The notes under the pieces: generated by a model | Told to the model about the DNA's origin: nothing | The model's database searches: none | The model's input: the letters and a program-made list of their open reading frames with translations, nothing else | Assembly: GCA_038229915.1 (NCBI GenBank) | Contig: JBBRNY010000001.1 | Coordinates: 102,891 to 166,890 of the forward strand | Source of the DNA: Candidatus Kapaibacterium sp. | Lineage (GTDB): Bacteria > Bacteroidota > Ignavibacteria > Palsa-1295 | Length of the DNA: 64,000 nt | Reading direction: 5' to 3' | Shown: in pieces, positions 20,158 through 28,124 of the stretch | Layout: the number at the start of each line of letters is the position of its first letter | Position numbering within the stretch: position 1 is the stretch's first letter | Position numbers and translations under genes: made by a program

Positions 20158-20324
20158 AGAAATTCGCATCACAAGAATAGGGCGAAAAAAATAATTTTTT
20201 TAAACATCCAAAAAATCTATCTCATTGTATAGAGATTAGCAATCTCATTCTTGGTCTATGAGCCGGAATGAAAAGCAAAAGAATTGGTCAAAAAAGGGAT
20301 GAATGGTATCTCATAAGGGTACAG

Positions 20325-20357
20325 AAGCCTCGACAGTGATGTCGGGGCTTTTTTATT
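20325..20357 (+). terminator. Rho-independent terminator ~170 nt downstream of the uxs stop
   Basis: gcctcgaca...tgtcggggc stem (one mismatch) plus TTTTTT. Confidence 0.55.
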
Positions 20358-20438
20358 GCTGAAATTGGTTACATCCGGTACTGTCGAATCAAATTTTGAT
20401 TCTATCCGTTAGAAAAGACTCTTCACATAGCCAATAAT

Positions 20439-22601
20439 TTGAAGCAATTACTGCAATCACTACGCTCCGGTGCTATCACGGTAACCGATGTTGATGCACC
20501 CGACGCACCGAAACGCTCTGGTGTGATCGTGAGAGTGTATGCCAGCGTCATCTCTGCCGGTACCGAAAAAATGTCGGTCGATCTTGCGCGCGCATCCCTT
20601 CTCGAAAAAGCACGCTCGCGACCCGATGATGTAAAAAAAGTACTTGCCGAAGTAAAGCAACAGGGTTTTTGGGCAACCTACAATCGTGTTCGTAACAAAC
20701 TTGATACCCAAAAGCCGATGGGTTATTCTTGTGCCGGCGAGGTGATCGCTGTCAGTGAAGATGTCGATGATCTTCGTCCCGGCGACCGTGTCGCTTGTGG
20801 CGGACAAGGGGCAAATCATTCTGAGATCGTAAGTGTGCTCCGCAATCTGTGTGTAAAGATACCTGAAAACGTCTCATACGAAGATGCTTGCTATACAACA
20901 CTTGGTGCAATAGCAATGCAAGGGGTTCGTCAAGCAGAATTAACATTCGGCGAAGTCGTGGTGGTGATCGGCTTGGGTTTGGTTGGTCAGCTTACTTGCG
21001 CGATCGCTCGTTCAGCAGGATGTGTGGTGATCGGCATTGATCTTGATGCAAATAATATCGAGCTTGCATCAAAACATCATGCACAATTTGCATTTAGTCG
21101 AAAAGAGGATAACCTTGTTAATAAAGTCCGCGCCATTTCAAACGGTCACGGAGCCGATGCAATAATTATCACCGCTGCGACAAGCTCAAACGACCCGATC
21201 GATCTTTCTGCCCAGGTCGCTCGTGATCGTGGGCGGATCGTGATGGTCGGGGTGACGAAGATGGACATTCCGCGCGACCCGTTCTTCCTCAAAGAGTTAG
21301 ATTTTCGTCTTTCCCGTTCATACGGACCCGGACGCTACGATAGTAATTACGAAGAAAAAGGCATTGACTATCCGATAGGATATGTCCGTTGGACCGAGCG
21401 CAGAAATATGCAAGAGTTTGTCCGCTTGCTTGGGGCAAAACAGATCGACCCGTCAACGCTCACGACCCACACGATCGCCATCACCGATGCGAAACGCGCG
21501 TATGATATGATCGCCGGTGAGATCAAAGATCGATTTCTCGGAATTGTGCTGACCTACCCCGAGACTGATCCAACGACGCGAAAAATAAAGAAAGATGAGC
21601 ATCACCCTATCGTATCGGCGCAAGAACCGACTATCGGTTTTATCGGCGCGGGTAATTTTGCTCAGGGCTTTTTATTGCCGACACTCAAAGAACAAAGCAA
21701 GCTGATAGCCGTTGCTAATGAGACTGGCGCATCGAGCGATGAGGCAAAAACAAAATTTGGTTTTGCTCGGGCTACCACCAGTGCTGATGAGATCATTCAT
21801 TCATCGGATATCAATACGATCTTCATCGCTACCAGACATAATAACCATTCTGAACTGATCACCAAAGCACTCGAAGCCGGTAAAAATGTTTTTTGCGAAA
21901 AACCGATGGCGTTAGACCTGCAAGGTGCGATGAGCGTTGCGCAAGCATATCAAAAAAATTCTCAGAAGAACGGTGCGAAATTCTTGATCGGCTTCAATCG
22001 CCGGTTTTCTCCTTTAGTTGTAAAAACCAAAGAATTGTTTGGCGAGCCGCACGAACCCAAGCTGATCGTCTATCGTGTCAATGCTGGCGCAGTACCAGCA
22101 TCAAACTGGGTTCAGGATGAAGAAATCGGCGGCGGACGCATTATCGGCGAAATATGCCACTTTATTGATACGGCGGCATATTTTGCAAATGATAGTCTTC
22201 CGAGATCGGTCGTTGCAAAACAGATCTCGACAGGTCGTGCTGATAGCATCGACCACGATACGGTTTCGATCACCGTTGATTATGAAGACGGCTCGATAGC
22301 AACGATACTCTATATTGCAAACGGAGACAAGAATCTTCCGAAAGAAGAGATACAAGTATTCTCGGGTGGGCGAACGGCAATTATGAAAAATTTTACCGAA
22401 CTGGAGTTCTATCGTGGTTCGAGCAAACCGCATATCGAAAAAGCACAAGGCAAAGGCCACGCCGAAGAGATCAAAGCATTTCTTACTGCAATTAAAATGG
22501 GGCAGCCATCGCCAATACCGTTCGATTCGATGCTCGCGACGACATTGCTCACCTTTGCTATTCACGAGTCGCTCTCAAGCGGCGAGACGGTTCGGTTCTG
22601 A
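20439..22601 (+). CDS. Bi-domain oxidoreductase: N-terminal MDR/alcohol-dehydrogenase-like domain fused to a C-terminal Gfo/Idh/MocA NAD(P)-binding oxidoreductase
   Basis: N-terminal GroES-like MDR fold (VRVYASVISAGTE..., GLGLVGQL). C-terminal IGFIGAGNFAQ Rossmann of the Gfo/Idh/MocA family. TTG start. Confidence 0.7.
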   Translation: MKQLLQSLRSGAITVTDVDAPDAPKRSGVIVRVYASVISAGTEKMSVDLARASLLEKARSRPDDVKKVLAEVKQQGFWATYNRVRNKLDTQKPMGYSCAGEVIAVSEDVDDLRPGDRVACGGQGANHSEIVSVLRNLCVKIPENVSYEDACYTTLGAIAMQGVRQAELTFGEVVVVIGLGLVGQLTCAIARSAGCVVIGIDLDANNIELASKHHAQFAFSRKEDNLVNKVRAISNGHGADAIIITAATSSNDPIDLSAQVARDRGRIVMVGVTKMDIPRDPFFLKELDFRLSRSYGPGRYDSNYEEKGIDYPIGYVRWTERRNMQEFVRLLGAKQIDPSTLTTHTIAITDAKRAYDMIAGEIKDRFLGIVLTYPETDPTTRKIKKDEHHPIVSAQEPTIGFIGAGNFAQGFLLPTLKEQSKLIAVANETGASSDEAKTKFGFARATTSADEIIHSSDINTIFIATRHNNHSELITKALEAGKNVFCEKPMALDLQGAMSVAQAYQKNSQKNGAKFLIGFNRRFSPLVVKTKELFGEPHEPKLIVYRVNAGAVPASNWVQDEEIGGGRIIGEICHFIDTAAYFANDSLPRSVVAKQISTGRADSIDHDTVSITVDYEDGSIATILYIANGDKNLPKEEIQVFSGGRTAIMKNFTELEFYRGSSKPHIEKAQGKGHAEEIKAFLTAIKMGQPSPIPFDSMLATTLLTFAIHESLSSGETVRF

Positions 22602-22651
22602 GTCCTGTAACATTCCTCCGATGAGCGTGTTCTCTTTATAGAGATCGTATT

Positions 22652-25600
22652 ATGCTATACCGGAAAAAAACGTCATATTATTTTGCAGTTCTCGCAGTTA
22701 TTTTTCTACTGCTTGCCGAGACACGTACTGTTGATGCTTCGTGGCAACGCATCGCAAAATTGCCGACGACGGTGGGTTGCTGTTTTTTTACAAATGACCT
22801 CACCGGTTGGGCTGGCTCAGGTTCGACAGGACAAGACTTGCCGTTACAAATTTGGTTTACGACCAACGGCGGGTATTTTTGGTCTGCGGCAAACGTCCCT
22901 GTCGGTAGCGGACAAGTGACACAAATTTCCATTCGTGCTGATGGTGTGGGGTATGCCTCGATATACTCTCAAAAAAATCCGACGATCAATCTTTGGAAAA
23001 CTATTGATGGTGGATATTCCTGGGCTGATGTTTCAACGGGCTCTCATCTTGGTACCGGTGCCGGTATCACGCCTACATTGCAAGGCTTTGCTTCATGGGT
23101 GTTGCCTGTCAATTCGGGCGGCAATACAAATGGCGTGTTCTTTATGGATGATAACACGATGCTCATCACGCTCGGACCAAACTCAGGTCAGGAAGCTTGG
23201 GGTGCTTATGGCGACCCGCAAACAAGAATTTGGTACCGCGTTACTGAACTGAGTAGATCAATAGATTTTTCAAAAAATGGCGGCAGTAATTGGGTTGGTC
23301 GCTTTGGTCTCGGACCATTTCTCACTTCGGGTCTTCCGACAGGCTATATTCACGGCAAAGGCGGAGTGCTCTATGTTCAAACGGAGCGTGACGGAATGTT
23401 CAGGAGCGGTGTCGGAGATTCTGGGCGAACATGGTTTCCTATTGGTGGTCCATCGAATTATGTCGATACTCGTTCGTTTTATGTTGGTGGTTGTCGTGGC
23501 GAAATGGCATTAGCATTTGATGAGGTCGGTGGTCTTTGGAAAACAACAGATGGTGGTGATGGGAATCTTGGTCAGATCGCGCCACTGAGTTTTACCCATC
23601 CTAAATTTCAACAGATACCTTCGTGTCAGAATGAAATACGTACGATTAAGTTTACGAATTATCATTGCTATGATTACGTCGTCAATGCGATCACGTTTGT
23701 CAATAATACAGCAGGCGCGTTTTCATTGCAACTCCCAACATTACCCGATACACTCAAGAGCGGTGAAACCGATTCATTCAAAGTATTTTTTGATCCATCC
23801 AAAAAACCGGGCGGCTATAATGCTCGCATCCAATTGAGTGGAGTGTTCTTATCCTCAATAGGACCGATCAAAGTTGATAGTCTCATAGACATCACCGCAA
23901 GCGCGTCAGCCGAACAACCAGATATGGTGATCAAGCCATTGAAAATAAACTTTGATAGCGTGTCGGTCTGTGGTGGTTTTGCCGATTCGTTTTTTACGAT
24001 CAAAAACACCGGCTGTGATACGATCACGATCACTTCCGGTCCGGGCGGAATATCATCTGATTTTACGATCGACCCACTCTCACTTCCCTACCGAATTTCT
24101 CCTGATAGTGAGATCATTATTCGCTGTCACTACAAACCAAGCTCAAAAGGTTTGGTGCAAACCTATCCGTCATATACTGCAACCCAACAGGGACTCAGCA
24201 CTTCGCAAATGATCGAGTTCGATGGTTTTGGCGAAGACGGGCGCGGGGAGCTTGCGATCAAACCTTTATCAATTGATCTGGACACACTTTCGATCTGCGG
24301 AAATGGCGACTCGGCACTTGTCACGATCTATAACATCGGCTGTGGTGCGCTTCTTGTCGATGGAGTTACGATCTCTGGGGCTCCGGAATATTCTGTGGTA
24401 AGTGTTGGTGCAAGACGTTCGATCGCTCCTTCAGATTCAGTAACGACCTGGGTTCATTTTGTGCCATCAATCAAAGGTAAGCGAACGGCTTTAGTAAATA
24501 TAACGACACATAGTAACTCGGCTGATTCGACGGTAATGCAGAAGAGCATTCCGGTGCAAACAGAAGTGATCTCCGGTAAAGGTATTTTTTCGTCGCCGCT
24601 TTCGATCGTCGATCTCGGTACACTTTCATTTTGTGAAACACGCGACACGACGTTAACTTTTACCAATATCGGTTGTGATACATTAGTCATCACCAGCGGA
24701 AGTATTATCGGCAACGGGTTTATTCTTACTGGAAGTTTTCCGATCATCGTTCCGCCAAATAAGATCGTGAGTATTGCTGTTCGCGCAACTCCTGATGCAT
24801 CCTCAGGACAGAAGAATTTTTCGGCAACGGTAATATTATTGATCGATGGTGTCACGACCGTAAAACCTGTGATACTATCATACTCCACCAAGATAGCGCC
24901 GACACTGGCACTTTGGCTCACGATAGACCAACCTCGAGCCACCGTTGGTGATATTGTTACGGTCAGACTCAAAGCTGATCCGGCGCAACTTCCGATCTGT
25001 TCATCGCTTGATGTCTCGATCGGCTTGAATGATGATCTGCTCAGCTTTGTAGGTTCTCGCGGAGCCAATACCATTACGAAAAATTCGTTAGGAAAATATA
25101 CGATCAAAAATGCTTCGAGAATTCAAGCCGCGAGTGATAGCTCGATCGCTGTGTTTGATTACGAGGTGTTCGTGACAAAAGATACGATAACCGATATCGT
25201 ACTTACGCCGATCCTAATAAACAACGCTGTGCCTGGCACCGACCCTTGCGCACCACAAGCGACGGCCCAAGGAGCTTCGTTTCAATATACCGATCAATGT
25301 GGCGACGCACTCTTGCACCATAGTATGCGTGGCGACTTAGCTAGTCTTCGTGTTTTTAGTATTGCACCAAATCCAACGGCTGGTAATACGCAAATAGAAA
25401 TAGGTTCTACTGAAGAATCGGACGTTGAACTAACAATATTTTCTTCTATTGGAGTTGAGCTTCACCGGCAACAACAGCATCTCCAGATCGGAAATACTAC
25501 CGTCACTCTTGAGAGTAACCAATTACCGAACGGTGTTTATACGCTGGTGACAAGATCAAATAATTCGAGAGTGATAAGCCGACTCGTGATCATAAAATAA
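22652..25600 (+). CDS. Large (982 aa) T9SS-sorted surface protein: BNR/Ycf48-like beta-propeller, three Cys-bracketed Ig-like repeats, T9SS CTD
   Basis: Signal peptide. Repeated xTxDGGxxW motifs (WFTTNGGYFW, WKTIDGGYSW, SKNGGSNW, WKTTDGGDG). Three repeats with CGG/CG...NxGC (SVCGGFADSFFTIKNTGCDTITITS, SICGNGDSALVTIYNIGCGALLV, SFCETRDTTLTFTNIGCDTLVITS). C-terminus FSIAPNPTAGNTQIEI...GVYTLV is a T9SS type-A CTD. Confidence 0.65.
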   Translation: MLYRKKTSYYFAVLAVIFLLLAETRTVDASWQRIAKLPTTVGCCFFTNDLTGWAGSGSTGQDLPLQIWFTTNGGYFWSAANVPVGSGQVTQISIRADGVGYASIYSQKNPTINLWKTIDGGYSWADVSTGSHLGTGAGITPTLQGFASWVLPVNSGGNTNGVFFMDDNTMLITLGPNSGQEAWGAYGDPQTRIWYRVTELSRSIDFSKNGGSNWVGRFGLGPFLTSGLPTGYIHGKGGVLYVQTERDGMFRSGVGDSGRTWFPIGGPSNYVDTRSFYVGGCRGEMALAFDEVGGLWKTTDGGDGNLGQIAPLSFTHPKFQQIPSCQNEIRTIKFTNYHCYDYVVNAITFVNNTAGAFSLQLPTLPDTLKSGETDSFKVFFDPSKKPGGYNARIQLSGVFLSSIGPIKVDSLIDITASASAEQPDMVIKPLKINFDSVSVCGGFADSFFTIKNTGCDTITITSGPGGISSDFTIDPLSLPYRISPDSEIIIRCHYKPSSKGLVQTYPSYTATQQGLSTSQMIEFDGFGEDGRGELAIKPLSIDLDTLSICGNGDSALVTIYNIGCGALLVDGVTISGAPEYSVVSVGARRSIAPSDSVTTWVHFVPSIKGKRTALVNITTHSNSADSTVMQKSIPVQTEVISGKGIFSSPLSIVDLGTLSFCETRDTTLTFTNIGCDTLVITSGSIIGNGFILTGSFPIIVPPNKIVSIAVRATPDASSGQKNFSATVILLIDGVTTVKPVILSYSTKIAPTLALWLTIDQPRATVGDIVTVRLKADPAQLPICSSLDVSIGLNDDLLSFVGSRGANTITKNSLGKYTIKNASRIQAASDSSIAVFDYEVFVTKDTITDIVLTPILINNAVPGTDPCAPQATAQGASFQYTDQCGDALLHHSMRGDLASLRVFSIAPNPTAGNTQIEIGSTEESDVELTIFSSIGVELHRQQQHLQIGNTTVTLESNQLPNGVYTLVTRSNNSRVISRLVIIK

Positions 25601-25630
25601 AAAAAGGGAGCACGAAGCTCCCTTTTTTTG
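25601..25630. terminator. Bidirectional rho-independent terminator between convergent genes
   Basis: A-tract, gggagc acgaa gctccc hairpin, then T-tract. Confidence 0.7.
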
Positions 25631-25650
25631 GTCTCAGATAAAATATCTAC

Positions 25651-26055
25651 TTACCACCAACCGTTGCGGTTTCCGTAGCTACGTCCCGAAGTATCGGTAC
25701 CTGAAGGATCGTTGTACTCATACTTCTTATGAAGCATCGAGTCTTCGCCGCGTGAGCGTTTTTCCATATTCGGACGGGCCTCGCGTACTGTCAGCGGGCG
25801 TCCTTCAACTTCTTTGCCATTCAACTCACCCATAGCTTTTTGAGCTGAGTCAGGGGTATCCATTTCGACAAAACCAAAGCCTTTCGACTTTTTGGTGATC
25901 ATATCACTGACGATCGCAGTGCTCGACACACGTCCGTACGGAGCAAAAAGCTGCTCAAGCTGTTCGACGGTCCAAGTATAAGGCAGACTGCCGACGTATA
26001 GCTTCTTTCCTACAGCTACTACTGGTTGTTGCTCTTTTTCGGTAACTTCGCTCAT
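25651..26055 (-). CDS. RRM-type RNA-binding protein (glycine/Arg-rich tail)
   Basis: RNP-2 (LYVGSL) and RNP-1 (KGFGFVEM) motifs. Confidence 0.8.
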   Translation of the reverse strand: MSEVTEKEQQPVVAVGKKLYVGSLPYTWTVEQLEQLFAPYGRVSSTAIVSDMITKKSKGFGFVEMDTPDSAQKAMGELNGKEVEGRPLTVREARPNMEKRSRGEDSMLHKKYEYNDPSGTDTSGRSYGNRNGWW

Positions 26056-26172
26056 TCCATTCGTTCCTTTTTGAATAGGTGGTTGTTTTTAGTTTTGAGT
26101 CAGATGCAAACGAAGTCGGCTCTGAAGTAGTTCGGGGCTTCGGAGGGTGTGTTCTTAGGATCGGTATTCTCG

Positions 26173-26643
26173 CTATCGGCTCTTTTTCCGGTTTTGAATT
26201 GCTTCAGCGTCCAGAATAATTATACCTAAGGCTATCTGCTCCTCGATCATTGGGAATAATTCGCGCTCCTCGCGGCGGATATGCTTCTCCAGCAATTCGC
26301 CAAAGAGCCTCAGTTTTTCTACTAATTCCGCCGGATCAATCGTCTTGAGCATTTCCAACGATGCTCGCATCGTTGAATGTTCTTCTAATAAAGAAAATAT
26401 TAACACATCTATAGATGGTACTTTATTTATTGATGCCGGGAAAAGGATCTCTTCTTCTAAAAGAAAGTGGGGGTAGAGTTCAGCCTCGGCAAAGCGAAGT
26501 AAAGCCTCGGATTGCTGTCTAGGTTCAATAGGCCAAACGGTATCGTGCGGCGATGAAGGTGCGCCTTTCTTTAAGCGCAGGGCGACAAGAAGCGCTTCGT
26601 GATGGTCATGAGAGAATGGTACGAGAGCCGGATTCCTTGGCAT
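26173..26643 (-). CDS. Hemerythrin HHE cation-binding domain protein
   Basis: H..HH...E near the N-terminus and a later HxxxE pattern; all-helical 156 aa. Translationally coupled to terC. Confidence 0.6.
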   Translation of the reverse strand: MPRNPALVPFSHDHHEALLVALRLKKGAPSSPHDTVWPIEPRQQSEALLRFAEAELYPHFLLEEEILFPASINKVPSIDVLIFSLLEEHSTMRASLEMLKTIDPAELVEKLRLFGELLEKHIRREERELFPMIEEQIALGIIILDAEAIQNRKKSR

Positions 26644-27488
26644 TATACTGCTTCCTTTGCTTCCTTTTTTTCAGGTAACAGCAGAGAAAGTAATATACTT
26701 CCGAGCAGAATACCGATGATGACGACTAATGAGACTAATATACTGGGGTGGATGCTCTCGGAAATCAGTGGCGCCAGCATCTTAAAACCCACAAACCAAA
26801 GGATGATACCCACACCTTTTTTGACAAATCGAAAGGCCTCTTGCATCCGTTCGAGCAAGAAATAAAGCGAGCGAAGCCCGAAAACGGCGAGGATGTTTGA
26901 ACTGTAAACAATAACTGGGTCCCTCGATACGGCGAAAATGGCCGGGATCGAATCCACCGCAAACAGCACATCGGTTAGTTCGATGATCAAGAGGACAACA
27001 AATAACGGTGTGGCAGCAAGCTTGCCGCCATATCGTACGAAGAACTTCTCGCCTTGAAAGTCATCGGTGACATGAATAAATTTCCGGGTCAGCTTGATAA
27101 TCGTGCTTTTCGAGGGGTCAAACTCTTTTTCTTTTCCAAACGACATCACCACACCAGTATAGATCACTATAGCCCCAAAGACATACATCAACCATTCAAA
27201 TTGATTAACGAGGCCGATACCGGCAAAGATCATCACTCCTCGGAGAATCAGTACCCCAACAATTCCCCAGTTCAAGACTCGTCGCTGTTGTTTTGAATTG
27301 ACCTTGAAATGGGTGAAGAGCATTAAAAAAACAAAGAGGTTATCTACCGATAACGCTTTTTCAATGGTGTATCCTGCAAGAAAAGCGAGGGCATGGTCAT
27401 GGCTAAAAAACTCCCAGATCACCAATGATGTGGCAAGTGATAAGCCTATCCAAAAGATACTCCAGAGCAGTGCGCGTTGAAATGACAT
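26643..27488 (-). CDS. TerC/Alx-family integral membrane protein
   Basis: TerC signature (GYTIEKALSVDNLFVF, AVDSIPAIFAV) in a polytopic protein. Confidence 0.85.
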   Translation of the reverse strand: MSFQRALLWSIFWIGLSLATSLVIWEFFSHDHALAFLAGYTIEKALSVDNLFVFLMLFTHFKVNSKQQRRVLNWGIVGVLILRGVMIFAGIGLVNQFEWLMYVFGAIVIYTGVVMSFGKEKEFDPSKSTIIKLTRKFIHVTDDFQGEKFFVRYGGKLAATPLFVVLLIIELTDVLFAVDSIPAIFAVSRDPVIVYSSNILAVFGLRSLYFLLERMQEAFRFVKKGVGIILWFVGFKMLAPLISESIHPSILVSLVVIIGILLGSILLSLLLPEKKEAKEAV

Positions 27489-27737
27489 TGACGATTTAGT
27501 CTCGTGAGAATGCTCTTAATGCTTGAATTTTATGTGCTATCCCAACAGCTTCATGGAATGAAGAATTGCCAAATTTGCAACCAAAACGGAGAGAATTCGA
27601 GGAAAGTATCATCCTAAAATATTTATGTTAAGCGCCGTTAACTTACACGATCAAAGGATATAGCAACATTAACAAAGTTTTTTTCTATGGACGTGTAACA
27701 GAAGGAAATTTGGCGAGTTTATACTGAGCGGACAAGT

Positions 27738-28018
27738 GTGTTCGTATATTTGCCCATTGAAATATATGCTTTTACGACGGGAGGCCCCATCTCTGACGTA
27801 TATTTGCATAGCGCGGTAGTGTGACCCCCTCCGCAGAATCGAGCAATAAGTACATTTATTTGCATTCGCGAAAGTTATTGCTTATATTTGTATTGTTCAG
27901 TTTGAAGGATTTTGTGCATAAGTGCTTTTTCCACGAAACGGAAATTATGGCGCGGCGCATTTTTCTTCGTATATTTATATTTCCGACTTCAGCCGGGAAA
28001 TCTTCGTATATTTGTGGA
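27738..28018 (+). promoter_or_regulatory. Array of six copies of YTCGTATATTTGY (embedding the Bacteroidetes -7 box TAnnTTTG) upstream of the giant repeat-protein gene
   Basis: Copies at about 27740, 27794, 27849 (degenerate), 27879, 27965 and 28001, within a 636-bp non-coding region. Confidence 0.45.
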
Positions 28019-28124
28019 GATTACTATCTGAGGGTGTGCCACGAAGGGGGCACGAGTCGGAAAAAAAGTTTACTAAATAGAAACGTTTCGTTCAATTAAT
28101 TTAAAATCAATAGGAGACGAAGGT

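Noticed and set aside
24454-25107. 217-aa antisense ORF within the 982-aa T9SS protein gene
   Set aside because: It is antisense to a gene with coherent domain structure and shows no features of its own.
27489-27700. yybP-ykoY Mn2+ riboswitch in the terC leader
   Set aside because: Only weak partial word matches. The conserved 5' GGGGAGUAG-type element is not present on the correct (minus) strand.
27821-28099. 92-aa ORF in the region upstream of the giant gene
   Set aside because: It coincides with the repeated promoter-like motif array and has an Arg/Phe-rich low-complexity translation. It is more plausibly non-coding regulatory DNA.
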